Program-made: the position numbers and the translations under genes
The notes under the pieces: generated by a model
The model's input: the letters and a program-made list of their open reading frames with translations, nothing else
Told to the model about the DNA's origin: nothing
Databases searched by the model: none
In this document: positions 1 through 13,056 of the stretch, one piece after another
Numbering within the stretch: position 1 is the first letter of the stretch
Layout of the letters: the number at the start of each line of letters is the position of its first letter
Assembly: GCA_964016885.1 (NCBI GenBank)
Contig: OZ024741.1
Coordinates: 272,428,001-272,492,000, forward strand
DNA: 64,000 nt
From: Eledone cirrhosa
Taxonomy: Eukaryota
Direction of reading: 5' to 3'

Positions 1-439
1 TTATACTTGGGGAGGGTCATATTTGTGTAATATTGCCAGAATTAATAACAGAACACACTCACTGTTTGGTTGGTTTTCGCTTCTCGCTTCTGTGTCTTTT
101 ATATCGGTAATCTAATATACTCGGTCCTCAATGTTGCCATAGACAGACTGAATAAAAATGGCGTAGACATACAATACAACAGGAGGAAAATATAGCACCA
201 CTGACGATGTTGCAGATGTGCAACGAAAGATTTATGATAAACTATATATATGTGTTTGTGTCTATATTGTATCTGTATTATTTTTGACCGCCGGTCAGTC
301 AATGGCAACATTGAGGACCGAGTATATTAGATTACCGATATAAAAGACACAGAAGCGAGAAGCGAAAACCAACCAAACAGTGAGTGTGTTGTGTTATTAA
401 TTCTGGCAATATTACACAAATATGACCCTTCCCAAGTAT

Positions 440-441
<2 letters not shown>
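1..441 (+). mobile_element. Penelope-like element terminal repeat (pLTR) with inverted 5' copy; family A
   Basis: 1-140 is the reverse complement of about 302-441. The 141-441 segment matches 29047-29357, which lies directly 3' of a GIY-YIG coding fragment. It contains a hammerhead core and is followed by (TA)n. May extend left of the window. Confidence 0.8.
197..238 (+). ncRNA. Minimal type I hammerhead ribozyme motif (PLE family A pLTR)
   Basis: acca-CTGACGA-t-gttgca(gatg)tgcaac-GAAA-gatt-TA-tgat. Catalytic boxes are intact and stem II is a perfect 6 bp; stem I has one mismatch. Confidence 0.7.
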
Positions 442-507
<66 letters not shown>

Positions 508-692
508 GAAGTAATTCCGTCGGAAAGGTAAAGGAAAAAAGAGTGTTCTATGTAGGTTACAGAGCTTATTAGTTATGTAATAAACAACATAAGATAATTA
601 TTTCATTTACCAGTGGTTTCTTATACGGGGTCCTGAATTTTTTCATATTAGCCACTCTACTACCCCAAGTATCGAATACTCTAGGGAGTAAT

Positions 693-954
693 CAGTGGCG
701 TGCAGAACTCTGGTGATGCCCAGGGCAAATGTTGATTGTATGTCCCAAAGACTCAAGTATAAGGCCTAATATACTGAGAAATATGAGAAAGGAAAATATT
801 TTGAATAAACACATGAAACATAAAATAAACGTATAGGGAAAATTCGATTTTAATATAGATCAATCAAATTTATTAAGTTCTTTCCCCAAATGATGCCCCC
901 ATCCAAAGGATGCCCGGGGCCAACGTACTGCCCCCCCCCCTCTGTACGCTACTG
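693..954 (+). mobile_element. Non-autonomous hAT-type DNA transposon (MITE)
   Basis: TIRs cagtggcgtgcaga / tctgtacgctactg; 8-bp TSD ggagtaat (685-692) / tgagtaat (955-962). A second partial copy lies at 3931-4141. Confidence 0.75.
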
Positions 955-1052
955 TGAGTAATGGTCTAACTGGTTTTTACCACCTTCAATCTGATATATA
1001 TATATATATATATATTTGTTTTCAAATCCATATTTAATAAAAACACCACGTT

Positions 1053-1115
1053 TTTTATTCTGACGACTGAAAACAGATAAAATATCTGCTTTCAAGAAAC
1101 CACTGGTAAATGAAA
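1053..1115 (+). ncRNA. Type I hammerhead ribozyme motif
   Basis: ttttatt-CTGACGA-c-tgaaa.cagata(aaa)tatctg.tttca-a-GAAA-ccactgg-TA-aatgaaa. All three stems pair. Its 3' part is repeated in inverted orientation at 577-622. Confidence 0.75.
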
Positions 1116-1623
1116 TAATTATCTTATGTTATTTATTACGTGTGTAAATTTATATATGTACATGTGTAAATTTATATATATTATGTTTACATATTATATA
1201 TATTTCAATTCGTACACACACACACTGTCGCTTCTAGAATCGAATGATTCACAATGTGTCACAACAAAATAGAAAACGAAAATACAAAAATTCCACTGGA
1301 ATTTTACAGACAACCCGTCCGATAGATAAATTTCTTTATTAGCCACAAGGGCGCAAAAGAAGGGGACAAATACAAATGGGGAGTTTACATACAGGAATAT
1401 GAAAATAAAACTATTATAGATGAATAGATAGATAAGTAGATAAATAGATAGCCACAAGGGCGCAACAAGAAAGGGGACAATACAAAGACATGCCGGGGAT
1501 TTTACATACAGTCGTGTAAAAATTATAAAAACAAACAATTTCAACAATCGAAATCCCCAATAGGGGGGGGGGGTGATGGATAGATAGATGAATAGATAGA
1601 TAGATAGATGGGGATAGAAAGAG

Positions 1624-1690
<67 letters not shown>

Positions 1691-2466
1691 TAGGCGTAGA
1701 AATAAATAGATAGATAGAAAGATAGATTGAGGTAGGAGTATAGGCGGACAAAGTGTAGATAGATATAATTACTTAATGAGAAATAGAGAGAACAAGAAAG
1801 AGGGAGAGGAAGAGAGAAAGAAATAGAGAGCGCGAGATTGAAAGATAGAGAGAGAGAGTTATGATGACAGATAGATAGAGAAAAAGAGAAAAACAGTTAT
1901 TGAGAAATAAATCGGGAGAAAGAGAAATTGAAAGAGAAAAATAAAATGTGGGTGGGGGCGGTGACGCCGACAAAACAAAGCAAAACTTTTATAGATAATA
2001 CGATAAACTTTACATGTATACATTCATTCATACAGTTAGTTGAGCAGATAAAGGTTGTCTGTGAGATAGCTAACACTAACAAAACGATAAAGAAAAAAAA
2101 TATAAGAGAAAGATCGACAATTAGTGACGAAGAATAAGCAAAAATAAATATATTTCTGTGTGAAATATAATAGAAAAGTAACAAATATATTTTGTTATAA
2201 AAAGTTTTGGCGCATTTCTTTGCATGGACACAAACAATATATTGAACACAAATCTGTAGAGCGTCACTTTGTCGTTTCACAAGCATTCAAGTAAAAAGAA
2301 TTTTAAAGACATACATACAAACAAAGAGAATTAAGGTTATTGTAATTAAAAAACAAAAAAAAAACAGTAGAATTAACAGCTAAACGGACTGGGTTAACTT
2401 TTAAAAACAACACCAACCACAAAACCGCTATAATTTTAATAACAACAAACAACAGCACTTGAAAAA

Positions 2467-2682
2467 ATGTCTGGAGTTACAAACATCTCAAATAATAATG
2501 ATATTATAAATAATAATGATGACAATGATAAAACCACGGAAGAGAAAGCGTTAGCCAAGAAACTAGGCTTCCCCACCGAAGAAGGATGCGAACCGATGGC
2601 GAATTTGTTGAAACATTGTTTATCAACCGATGATGTGAAACGAATGTACTCAGACTGGGGTGACAAAGGGACGTACGATAAG
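2467..2682 (+). CDS. METTL27: METTL27/WBSCR27-like methyltransferase, first coding exon
   Basis: From the ATG at 2467, 72 codons end in ...VKRMYSDWGDKGTYDK, followed by the donor AG|gtaagg (phase 0). This matches the Y-x-x-W-x-x-x-YD N-terminal motif of the family. Confidence 0.72.
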
Positions 2683-2806
2683 GTAAGGAAAAGGAAAAAA
2701 AAGTTGGGTTCCAAAAGGGCCCTGTTGATCCGTTTTTGTTTTGTGGTTTTACACTAGCAAGTCCCTTCTTTGAAGCTTTCTCTAAAAACTTGTTTTTAGC
2801 AACATA

Positions 2807-3232
2807 AGGACGGTGGACTGGCTGAATCAGTAGAGCGTCAGATACCGTGCTTTATGGTCTTTATGGCATTTTACATTCTGTGTTCACATCCCGCCGAGGT
2901 TAGCTTTGCTATTCGTCCTTACGGGGTCGATAAAATAAAGTACCAGTTACGCACTGAGGTCAATTTAATCGACTTTCTCCTACCAACCAAAATTTCTGGC
3001 CTAGGGCCTAAATTAGAAACCATTATTAGCAGGCAGGGGTGGTGGAATGGCAGTATCGGTAGAGGGTCGGACGCCATGCTTTCCAGTATAGTTACGTCCC
3101 TTTACGATCTGAGTTCAAATCCCGTCGAGGTTGACTTTGCCTTTCATCCTTACGGGGTCGATAAAATAAAGTACCAGTAATTCACTCTGGGTAATTGCTG
3201 GCCTTGTGCCTAAAGTAGAAATAATTATTAGC
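2807..3232 (+). mobile_element. Two tandem copies of tRNA-derived SINE family 1
   Basis: A-box-like tggcagtatcggtagag and B-box-like gagttcaaatccc, followed by the conserved block gcctttcatccttacggggtcgataaaataaagtaccag. The block recurs many times in the window. Confidence 0.8.
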
Positions 3233-3414
3233 AGGCAGGGGTGGTTGTGGTGGGGGGGATTATTAGAGACCCGAGAGTAGATTACGATCAGGTGATAAAG
3301 ATTTTTAAAAAAATTGATACTTTCATTATTGTAAATAGTTCTGTTTATTTATGCTTTCATTTACTAGATATTATCGTTGGTAGTAAGCTAAACAAGTTGT
3401 TAGTTGTATAAATA

Positions 3415-3820
3415 ACATTACAAATTGTCTATATATAATTCTTACTGAATGAAAATATAGACACAAATAATATTTACAATAAATTATTGCTAAGAACCTT
3501 GTAAATATAATACACGAAAGAAAACCCTTCAATTTAACACTAAGTGCATAAAATCGCTCACACACTACAAAGGTACATCGGAAACATGGTGTAATGTTGC
3601 CAGTGTGTTGGCTTCCCTAAACAATTTTCCGATGTCCCCTTGTGGTGTTTGATCGATCGACGCACTTAGTGTTAAATTGGAGAGGTTTTTTTTCTCTCGC
3701 TTTGATTATATATATATTTGTGTATTATATTATAAGGTTCCTAACAATAATTAATTGTATATATTTGTATTTATATTTTCATTCTGTAAGAATTATAAAC
3801 AAACGTAAGTTCGTAATGGA
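3415..3820. repeat. Diverged ~400-bp palindromic element
   Basis: Arms are reverse-complementary, e.g. caatttaacactaagtgc / gcacttagtgttaaattg and aattcttactgaatgaaaatata / tatattttcattctgtaagaatt, around a ~40-bp spacer near 3590-3625. Confidence 0.7.
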
Positions 3821-3930
3821 ATTTTTTTTATGTTGCCTTCTGATTTCATGTCAAAAATGAAATAATACTATATCTATTAGGGTAAGGATATCAGTAGTGA
3901 TGACATTACCTTAACGTAGGAGATGGTGTG

Positions 3931-4141
3931 TTGGCCCCGGGTATCATTTGGGGAAAAGAACTTTTGATTGATTTATTTTAAAATCGAATAAAGCGTTTAT
4001 TTCATGTTTCATCTGTGTTTATATATTCAAAATGTTTTCCTTTCTCATAATATTTCTCAGTATATTAGGCCTTATTCTTAAGTCTTTGGGACATACAATC
4101 AAGATTTGCCCTGGGCATCACCAGAGCTCTGCACGCCGCTG
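3931..4141 (-). mobile_element. Partial copy of the hAT-type MITE at 693-954
   Basis: Reverse complement of about 693-920; it retains one TIR (ctctgcacgccgctg). Confidence 0.7.
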
Positions 4142-4221
4142 AATGTCATAGATTTTATATAGGAATGTAATGTCATTTCTACAACTAGGAATTTGGAAAA
4201 AACAACAAAAATTCCATCAAT

Positions 4222-4274
<53 letters not shown>

Positions 4275-4275
4275 A

Positions 4276-4540
4276 TACAGTAGTCCCCCGGTATTCGGGG
4301 GTTTTACGTTTCTAGAGCACCCGTGAAGAGTGAAAAAATGCGAATATCGGACGTGGTCCATAAAAATGCATATAAACGTCAAAATATAACGTAAAATATA
4401 ATTTAAAAAAAGGGGCGTCCAATAGGCCGGCAAATACGGTATATTGTTATTAATGATTTAGTGTTAAATATATATATTGCCACGAAAAAAACATTAAAAA
4501 ATCGCGGAAGATATTTACGATACCGCGAATATTTGGTGGT
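4276..4540 (+). mobile_element. Tc1/mariner-pogo (Tigger-like) non-autonomous remnant
   Basis: Begins TA-cagtagtcccccgg and contains ggccggcaaatacggta. Homologous reverse copies lie at about 14089-14275 and 18370-18645. Confidence 0.55.
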
Positions 4541-4654
4541 TTCCTACTGTTGAGCACTCGATACATAGGTGGGTCCATTTTAGTATAGTATATGGTATTG
4601 TACATTTGGTTTTATTCTTTTGGTTGGTCTCCTTTATAAGCCGAGTGTGAATAA

Positions 4655-4817
4655 TAATAATAAGTAGGAACGAGGTATCATCATTAAGTTTATTCAGGTG
4701 TGACGCGCGTTTCGCAATTGATCAGCTCAGGCCCGACTTGGGAATCCGGCAGATCGCGAAACGCATTACACCTGAATAAACTTGATAATACTTTGACATC
4801 TCGTTCCTACTCATTAT
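4655..4817. repeat. Short palindromic element with hammerhead-3'-half motif in the arms
   Basis: taagtaggaacgag...aagtttattcaggtgtgacgcgcgtttcgc versus gcgaaacgcattacacctgaataaactt...ctcgttcctactca. Confidence 0.65.
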
Positions 4818-6479
4818 GTCTGCCTGCCTGTGTGTGTGTGTGGGGGGGGGGGGGATTATAGAACAGCCCCTTCTATTTCAGTGTGTGTATGAGGGGGGGG
4901 GGGCTCCTCGTTTTTTTTTGTGCTATCATCTAATCTAATCTCCAAGATGCTCGCAACCGACGTTTTCAATCCCAGATTAGGGTTACTGTTAGGATCAGTG
5001 GTGTATTGCAGGGGTGAGGTGGGGTGGTGCAACTTTACCCACCAAAAAATTGTCTGAAAATTTTGTTTTGTCGCAAAAAATTCTGAAATAAAAATAATGT
5101 ATACTGTCCTCGTTTATTTTAATTATACGAAACAATAAAATATGTACAATACAATAATGAATAAAGATGTCATAATAATGATTGGTAAAAATGATCCTTG
5201 ACCTTTTATATTACATACCTGTCATCTATATATATAATATAAAAGAAAGATGTTGGTTGGTTGAATCACACGAAAACTACACACACACAAATCTAAAGAG
5301 AGAGACACAGAGGGAGAGACAGAAAATAGGCCGTTATACAGAGAGAGGGATACAATTAAAGTGTTAGATGTTCAGAGGGAGAGAGAGAGAGAGAGAAACG
5401 TCCCACAAAAGTATCAGTTGAAAGTTTAATAATATTGCGTTAGCTTTTATAAAGTCGTCTTACATTCTTTGATTTTACAGAACAAAGAAAAATTGATACT
5501 ATTTGAAATTAATCTACCCTCCAGCTTTTATCCATATACTATTTACAGTTCATACTAACGAAGCAACACTTCAGAAGCAAATTTTATGCTGTATATTGCA
5601 GTGTTTAGATGCTGTCGTTTGGAGCTGAAAAAGATCATACTGACTGGTTATTTCACTCTCCGTCGCTCCATGCCACGGAAATCAGGATAAGCACCGGTCT
5701 AATTAGCCTCCGAGCTCAAGACAGATTTTAGACTTTTTAGAGTACTAGAATTTTTTTTCCATACGCCGAGACGTATGCGTATATGTGTGTTCGTATGTGT
5801 ATGTTCATATGCATACATTTATATGTATGAGTATATAAATATAAATGCGCAAACACAGACACACTTACAAAAATACACATTCACAGACATACATTGACGC
5901 AAACACACACATACATTGACACAAACACACACTCATACATTTACACAAACTCAACATACACTTACACTCTCACAGCGTAATTTTTACACACATTCACGCG
6001 GGCAGCAGACGTAAAGAGAGAGGAGTAGTGTGAGGTAATCAAACTACTCTCTATGTGTTGTGACAGAATCGCAGAAATGTATATATATATAGATCCCCTC
6101 CCTTTTACACGCACATACATTCACACAGGCAGCAGATGGAAAGATAGAGGAGTATTATGGGGTAGTCAAACAGCTTCTCTCTCTTTACGTGTTGTGACAG
6201 AATCGCATTAAATTTATATATAGACTCTATGTACATTATTGTTTTCATTATTTTTGCTGGCCTTGTGCCTAAAGTAGAAACAATTATTTTGAAATTATTT
6301 AAAAAAAAAAAAGATAGTAAATTTGAAGTTTAAAAATATTATTAATATCATATATATTATCTTTGTTTCTCTTGTTGATTTCATTTTTTTTCTACCACTG
6401 TCAATATATTTATGTATATGTGTATATATACATAGTACACCTATAAATTGTTAGTGTTGCTGTCAATATATTTATTATA

Positions 6480-6666
6480 AGGGCGGTGGATTGGCAGTAT
6501 TGGTAGAGGGTCGGACGCCATGCTTTCCAGCATAGTTACGTCCCTTTACGATCTGAGTTCAAATCCCGCCGAGGTTGACTTTGCCTTTCATCCTTACAGG
6601 ATCGATAAAATAAAGTACCAGTAATGCACTGGGTAATTGCTGGCCTTGTGCCTAAAGTAGAAACAA
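6480..6666 (+). mobile_element. tRNA-derived SINE family 1, full copy
   Basis: Same head, central block and gccttgtgcctaaagtagaaac tail as 3032-3230. Confidence 0.85.
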
Positions 6667-6899
6667 ATGTATTTATTATGTATATGTATCTATTTACATA
6701 GTACACCCTATAAATTGTTAGTGTTGCTGCCTTTATAGAATATACCTCACCATGGTGTAGCAAAAATATGTACCCAGTCTGCTCTCTAAAATTAGTGATT
6801 CTTGTCGGCAAAATGATAGTTCTGTGTCACCACCTTTGAGCGGTGCAATTGGGCAAGATCAGCTTTTAACATCCCAGGTCTTCTTGGGTCTCCCCACTC

Positions 6900-6931
<32 letters not shown>

Positions 6932-7316
6932 TTCAATATATATATTCTTCAATATGACAAAAGACCAAGGTTAATTAATAAGTTAAATTAATTCTTTAAT
7001 TTCTACGACCGTTTCAATGTGGTGACAATGGTACATGCATATGTAAACAATTGTAAATAATTATCAATTATTAACACCGTGCATAATACCTATAACTGCA
7101 TATATCCAGGAAAATGAAAGAACAAAGTTTACCAAGTTTATAAGGGCATCCAGCTGTAGAAGCCAAGCCAGATCAGTTCTGTATTGAGCAATACATGGTC
7201 ACATGACCTAGCATTGCACACAACAGGGCAACTCGTTTAACCCATGTTAGTGTGGATAAAAATGGGAGAGATGATATATGTATATACACTAAAAAAAAAA
7301 AAAAAAAAAAATATAC

Positions 7317-7540
7317 GTATCTCGTGTTATTATTTTTATTTTTATCCTTTACGCTCTTTCCTACATTCTTCTACACGCTACAGTCTTCTACACGCCACGC
7401 ATCTCAATGTACACCAACTTACATCTCTCTCTCCACCTCCGGATCTTGTTACCCATCTGCATTGTCGAGGCTTCCAAACGACTTAAAGAAATTTACCTTA
7501 TTATTCCACAATGCTTCAAGCAAACTTCAATACTCTCTTA
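7317..7540 (+). repeat. Unclassified interspersed repeat
   Basis: A direct homologue lies at about 13827-14040 (tatctcgtgttattatttttattt ... ccacaatgcttcaagcaaacttcaatactctc). Confidence 0.65.
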
Positions 7541-7545
7541 TATAT

Positions 7546-7597
<52 letters not shown>

Positions 7598-7600
<3 letters not shown>

Positions 7601-10600
7601 TCATCATCATCATCGTTTAACGTCTATCTTCCACGCTTGCATGGGTTTGGACGGGAATTTTCCCACTTGAGGCAAGATTGGTTGTCTTGCTCGTATAGGA
7701 CTGTCTGACGGGTTTTCTACGGCTGGATGCCCTTCCTAACACCAACCACGTTTACAGTGTGGACTGGGAGGTTTTTACCGTGTTACCTACACGGCCACAT
7801 TACAGCGTGGGCTGTGTGTTTTTTTTTTGTCGTGACACCTACACGACCTCATTTATTTCGGACTGGATATTGTGGTACCAACATAACTTTACATCGAAAG
7901 GGGTGGTGTGGATGGGGTGGGGGTAGTGGGACGGGGGTGTATTTTTGTTAAGAGGTGCCTACTGACTGTAGGTTTCGCTTTGTACTTAGGCAAGGCGGGT
8001 CTTCTGTATTACTGTGTAGCGCCAAAGATCTCGGTCCAGTGACATTGTCTTGGAGAGGTGTAAGTGTGTGAGGTCAGAATTTATCAAGTCGTCCCAGGCT
8101 TTTCTGGGTCTGCCTACTCCGTGGCTACCGTCTATTTTTATCGCCCTGCACTTTTTTATACAGCTGTCGTCTTTCATGCGCATCACGTGACCGTACCAAC
8201 GTAGTCTTGTCTCGAGTAAACAACATCTGATCCCTCTTATTCCTAATTTCTCCCTTAGTTCATTTATGCTTTGCCGTTCACGTATATTACTATTACACAT
8301 CCAGCGGAGCATACAAGCTTCGTTCCTCTCTAGTCTGCGTGTATCCTCTGCACACAATGCCCAAGTCTCACTGCCATGTAACATTGCTGTTCGTGTGCAG
8401 GCATCGTACAGCCTGCCTTTCATTTTTAGAGAGAACCCTTTAGCGGCCAATAGTGGTATAAGCTCTCTGAACTTTTTCTATCCCGTTCTGACTCTAGCTA
8501 CTGTACTTTCAGAGCACCCTCCACCACTGCTGATTTTGTCACCCAGGTAACGGAAGGTGTCAACTATTTCTATAGAACCATCTGTGCAATGGAATGAGCT
8601 AGTATTCTGTGGGCACTTGCTGCTACTTATTGCACCTGAGCACCGGCCACATATAAAATCTATATTCTTAGTTAGCTTACCTGTGATCCCACTACATCTT
8701 TTATGCACCCATACTTTGCATTTGGGACATAAAATGGAGTTTCTGCCTACTCCTTTCCTACATACTGAGCATGGCCATTTCCCAGATGGGACCGGTGCCC
8801 TATTTTCCTTCCTACAAACTAGAACTTTAGTCTTAGACAGGTTAATTTTAAGGCCTTTTGATTCTAGGCCATGCTTCCATGTTTGGAATTTCTTCTCTAG
8901 TTCAGCCATTGATTCAGCTATGAGCGTTAGATCATCTGCATATAGGAGTTCCCATGGGCAGCCGGTCTTGAACTCCTCTGTTATAGCCTGAAGGGCAATA
9001 ATACATAGTAGGGGGCTAAGAACGGAGCCCTGATCAACACCTAGTTTTCTAAGAGCCCACCAGATAATGGAGCTGGGGACTCTGTCAAAGGTTTTCTCCA
9101 AGTCAACAAAAGCTAAGTATAGGGGTTTACTTTTAGCTAGGTACTTCTCCTGTAGTTGTCGTACAATGAAAAGAGCATCTGTGGTACTTTTACCTGACAC
9201 AAAGCCGAACTGCATTTCATCTAGATCAATTCGCTCTCTGATTAGTTGCGCTATTACTTTTTCTGTGACCTTCATAACATGGTCGATTAATTTAATGCCT
9301 CTATAGTTACCCCTATCTAGGGCATCTCCTTTACCCTTGTAGCAGTTAATGATGATGCTGCTACACCAGTCCTTCGGAACGACCCCATTCTGTATGACTT
9401 GGTTTACTATCTGGGTGACCATAGTGTGTCCCACCGTTCCAGATGCTTTCAGCATTTCAGCAACTATTTCCGAAGGCCCAGCCGCCTTGCCCATCTTCAT
9501 ATCTTTGATTGCCTTACTTATTATACTACCTTCAACTTGCACTGCTGGTCCCTCTATTGGATCAGTGTTGGGGAGACTGTCTTTCTCCCATTTATTCTCC
9601 TCATTTAGTAGCCTTTCGTAGTGACACTTCCAAGCTACCTTCTTATCAGCGTCAGTGATGGTAAGTACACCATCATCATTAAGGACACACTTCTCCCCGA
9701 CAATATCACGGTTTTCCTTGACACATTGCCTAGCAATCCTGAACACCTCACGTTTTTGGTCCTCGCGTTGTAGAACATGCTTGAACTTTCTTTCCTCTGC
9801 TTCCCTTCTTGCAAAGTACACTTGTCTCCTAGCTTCCCTCCTGGCCACTTGATAGTCTTCTCTACTTCCCCCATCCCGCCATACTTTCCAAGCCTGCTTT
9901 TTGGCCTTGATTGACTCCTTCACCTTACTGTTCCACCACCACATTACTCTCCTCTTGCCTATAGGTCTGCTCCAGCCACAGACTTCATCTGCCGCCTTCA
10001 GCAGGTTAGCTTTCAGGAATTCCCACTGTTCCTCTGTATTGTACGACTCTAATTGCTCTTCCTTACTATCAAAAGCATCAAGTAATATGCTTTTAAATTT
10101 ATTACTGGCTGTGGGGTCCTTTAGCTTCCATATTTTTCTCCTGAGGATAGTCCTCTTCTGCTGTCGAGTATGTCTCGTCCTGACTATGAGGTCGCTAATT
10201 ATCAGTCTATGTTGGGTGGTGCATTCTTCATGGGGGAGGGATTTAGTGTTTACAACAGACACTTTATCACGTCTTCTGGTAAGGATATAATCTATCTGAC
10301 TGGCGTGTTCCCATGATCTATAGGTGATCAAGTGATTGTCTCATTTTTTTAAGTTAGTGTTACAGATAGTTAGGTTATTTGTGTTACAGGATTCTGGAGC
10401 CTTCCTCATTTCTAGTACCAAACCCATAGCCTCCATGGATTCCGTCATAGCCATCACAATGTTGTCCAACGTGACCATTTCGGTCGCCAGCAATAATTAT
10501 GTAGTCACTGTCGGTTATTTGGGAGGTAGTGAGCATCAATGTCTCATAGAATCTCTCTTTTATAACGCCAGGCAGTCCGGATTGGGGTGCGTACGCAGAT

Positions 10601-11728
10601 ATTACTGTTACAGTAGTTCTATTTAGGACAAGTCTTATTTTAATTATTCTGTCGTTCACTCTATGTCTATTATCTTATCTTCCCATTTTTCTGCTAACAT
10701 GAATCCAACCCCACCCAGCCCATTGTCATTTCCCACCCAGAAAAGCTTATAGCATCGTTTTTTACCCACAATGAATCTAGCAGACCCACCCCTCCACCTG
10801 GTCTCTTGGATACAGCAAACATCAACCTCCTTACGCTCAAGCATTTCTACAACCTCGTTAGAGCGACCTTTTAAGGTGCCTACATTCATGGTACCAACTC
10901 TGAAGTTTTGGGTTGTGTTTGGTGGGTGGGAACGGTGGGGAGGGGTGAGGGAGATGGGGTTATGTTGGCCATCCGCGGCCTAAATAAAGAGGAGGAGTCC
11001 TTGCATTTTCGTCCGGCAGCATGAGGTGAATTTGTCTTTATCTTTGGCATTGTCACTGAGTGTCCAGATTTTTCAGACTCTCCAGAATTCCGTAGTCTAT
11101 CCATCATATCGAAAGGCAACCAGAAGAAGTGATAGCATAGGCCACTGACTTATGATTGGTCCAAATAATAATGGTAGCGAGTGGGGTATGGGGTAGTTAG
11201 CAAGAAGGTTTAAATAAAATCCTCGAATTTTGGGCATAATTGAACAAGCATATAACAGTAGTAAGCAAATAATTATGGGATTTTAAAATACAAGATTATT
11301 TAGAACAACCAGACAGAATTATAGAATATCATTGAAAAAGAGCAAAGATTGGATTCTGGACGATGATACGGATAGATGAATGGACCGGGGAAAGATGGAG
11401 AGAAGAGAAAAAAATGGCATTGTACATTACATTTCACAGAGGAGCGAGCAGTCTAGCCAGTAATAAGAGGTTGACAAATTCTGAGTTTCGTACCTCGTAA
11501 CAGGTTTATTTTATATATGTTGAGAGAAGGAAGGGATTGAGAGAGGGAACCAGCAGGCGCGCATACGATATATAAGGGGGGGGGGTAAAGATTAGGAGGG
11601 AGCAGGAAGGCCATTTTATAAAATCCTAGAATGTTCGGCTAAAATTAAACAAACGAGACAGTTATTTTAGAAAACGAACGAGAAGGTTATAAAATATCAG
11701 ACACAATCAGCGAGAAGGTTTAAATAAT
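7598..11728 (-). mobile_element. RTE-clade LINE, near full-length, disabled (copy 1)
   Basis: APE endonuclease (MNVGTL, IQETRW, AYAPQ, IDYIL) and RT (QFGF, FVDLEK, QGSVLSP, YADD, YLG) are split over ORFs 10656-10889, 10384-10659, 8478-10331 and 7986-8450. About 40 codons are deleted near 9030. It has a (GAT)n tail and a long 5' UTR. Confidence 0.93.
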
Positions 11729-11740
11729 ATATATATATAT

Positions 11741-13056
11741 CATCATCATCATCATCATCGGTTAACGTCCCTGTTCCACGCTTGCATGGGTTTGGACGGG
11801 GGTTTTCCCACTTGAGGCAAGAGTGGTTGTCTTGCTCGCATAGGACTGTCTGGTGGGTTTTCTACAGTTGGATGCCCTTCCTAACACCAACCACATTTAC
11901 AGTGAGGACTGGGAGGTTTTTACTGTGTTGCCTACACGGCCACATTACAGCGTGGACTGTGTGTTTTTTGTCGTGACACCTACACGATCTCATTTGTTTC
12001 GGCCTGGATGTTCTGGCACCAACATAACTTTGCATTGAAGGGGGCGGTGTGGATGGGGTGGGACGGGGGTGTATCTTGTTAGAGATGCCTACTGACTAGT
12101 AGGTTTTACTTTGTATTTAGGTAAGGCGGGTCGGTCTTCTCTGTTACTGAGTACCGCCAAAGGTCTCGGTCCAGTGACATTGTCTTGGAGAGGTGTAAGT
12201 GTGTGAGGTCGGAATTTATCAGCTCGTCCCAGGTTTTCCTGGGTCTGCCTACTCCGTGGCTACCATCTATCTTTATTGCCCTGCACTTTGTTATACAGCT
12301 GTCGTCTTTCATGCGCATCACGTGACCATACCAACGTAGCCTTCTCTCAAGTAAACAACATCTGATCCCTCTTATTTCTAATTTTTTCCTTAGTTCGTTT
12401 ATGCTTTGCCGTTCACGTATATTACTATTACACATCCAGCGGAGCATGCAAGCTTCGTTCCTCTCTAGTCTGCGTATATCCTCTGCACACAATGCCCAGG
12501 TCTCACTGCCATGCAACATTGCTGTTCGTATGCAGGCATCATACAACCTGCCTTTCATTTTTAGGGAGAACCCTTTAGCGGCTAATAGTGGTATAAGCAC
12601 TCTGAACTTTTTCCATCCAGTTCTGACTCTAGCTACTGTACTTTCAGAGCACCCTCCCCCACTGCTGATTTTGTCACCCAGGTAACGGAAGCTGTCCACT
12701 ATTTCTATAGAACCCTCTGCGCAATTGAAAGAGTTAGTATTTTGTGGGCACTTGCTGCTACTTATTGCACCAGAGCACCGGCCACATGTAAAATCTGTGT
12801 TCTTAGTTAGCTTACCTGTGATCCCACTACATCTTTTATGCACCCATACTTTGCATTTGGGACATAAAATGGAGTTTCTACCTACGCCTTTCCTACACAC
12901 TGAGCATGGCCATTTCCCGGAAGGGACCGGCGCCTTATTTTCTTTCCTACAAACTAGAACTTTAGTCTTAGCCAGGTTAATTTTAAGGCCTTTTGATTCT
13001 AGGCCGTGCTTCCATGTTTGGAATTTCTTCTCTAGCTCGGCCATTGATTCAGCTAT
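11741..13056 (-). mobile_element. RTE-clade LINE, 5'-truncated (copy 2)
   Basis: ORF 12106-13044 is the C-terminal part of the same protein. The 3' UTR and (GAT)n tail are present, with (TA)n on both sides. Confidence 0.93.

Noticed and set aside
7001-7112. Minus-strand GAAAcggtcgTA motif suggesting a hammerhead
   Set aside because: There is no intact CUGANGA box or clear stem II.
8266-10290. Recurrent antisense ORFs inside RTE copies
   Set aside because: They are shadows of the sense ORF, repeated only because the copies are near-identical.
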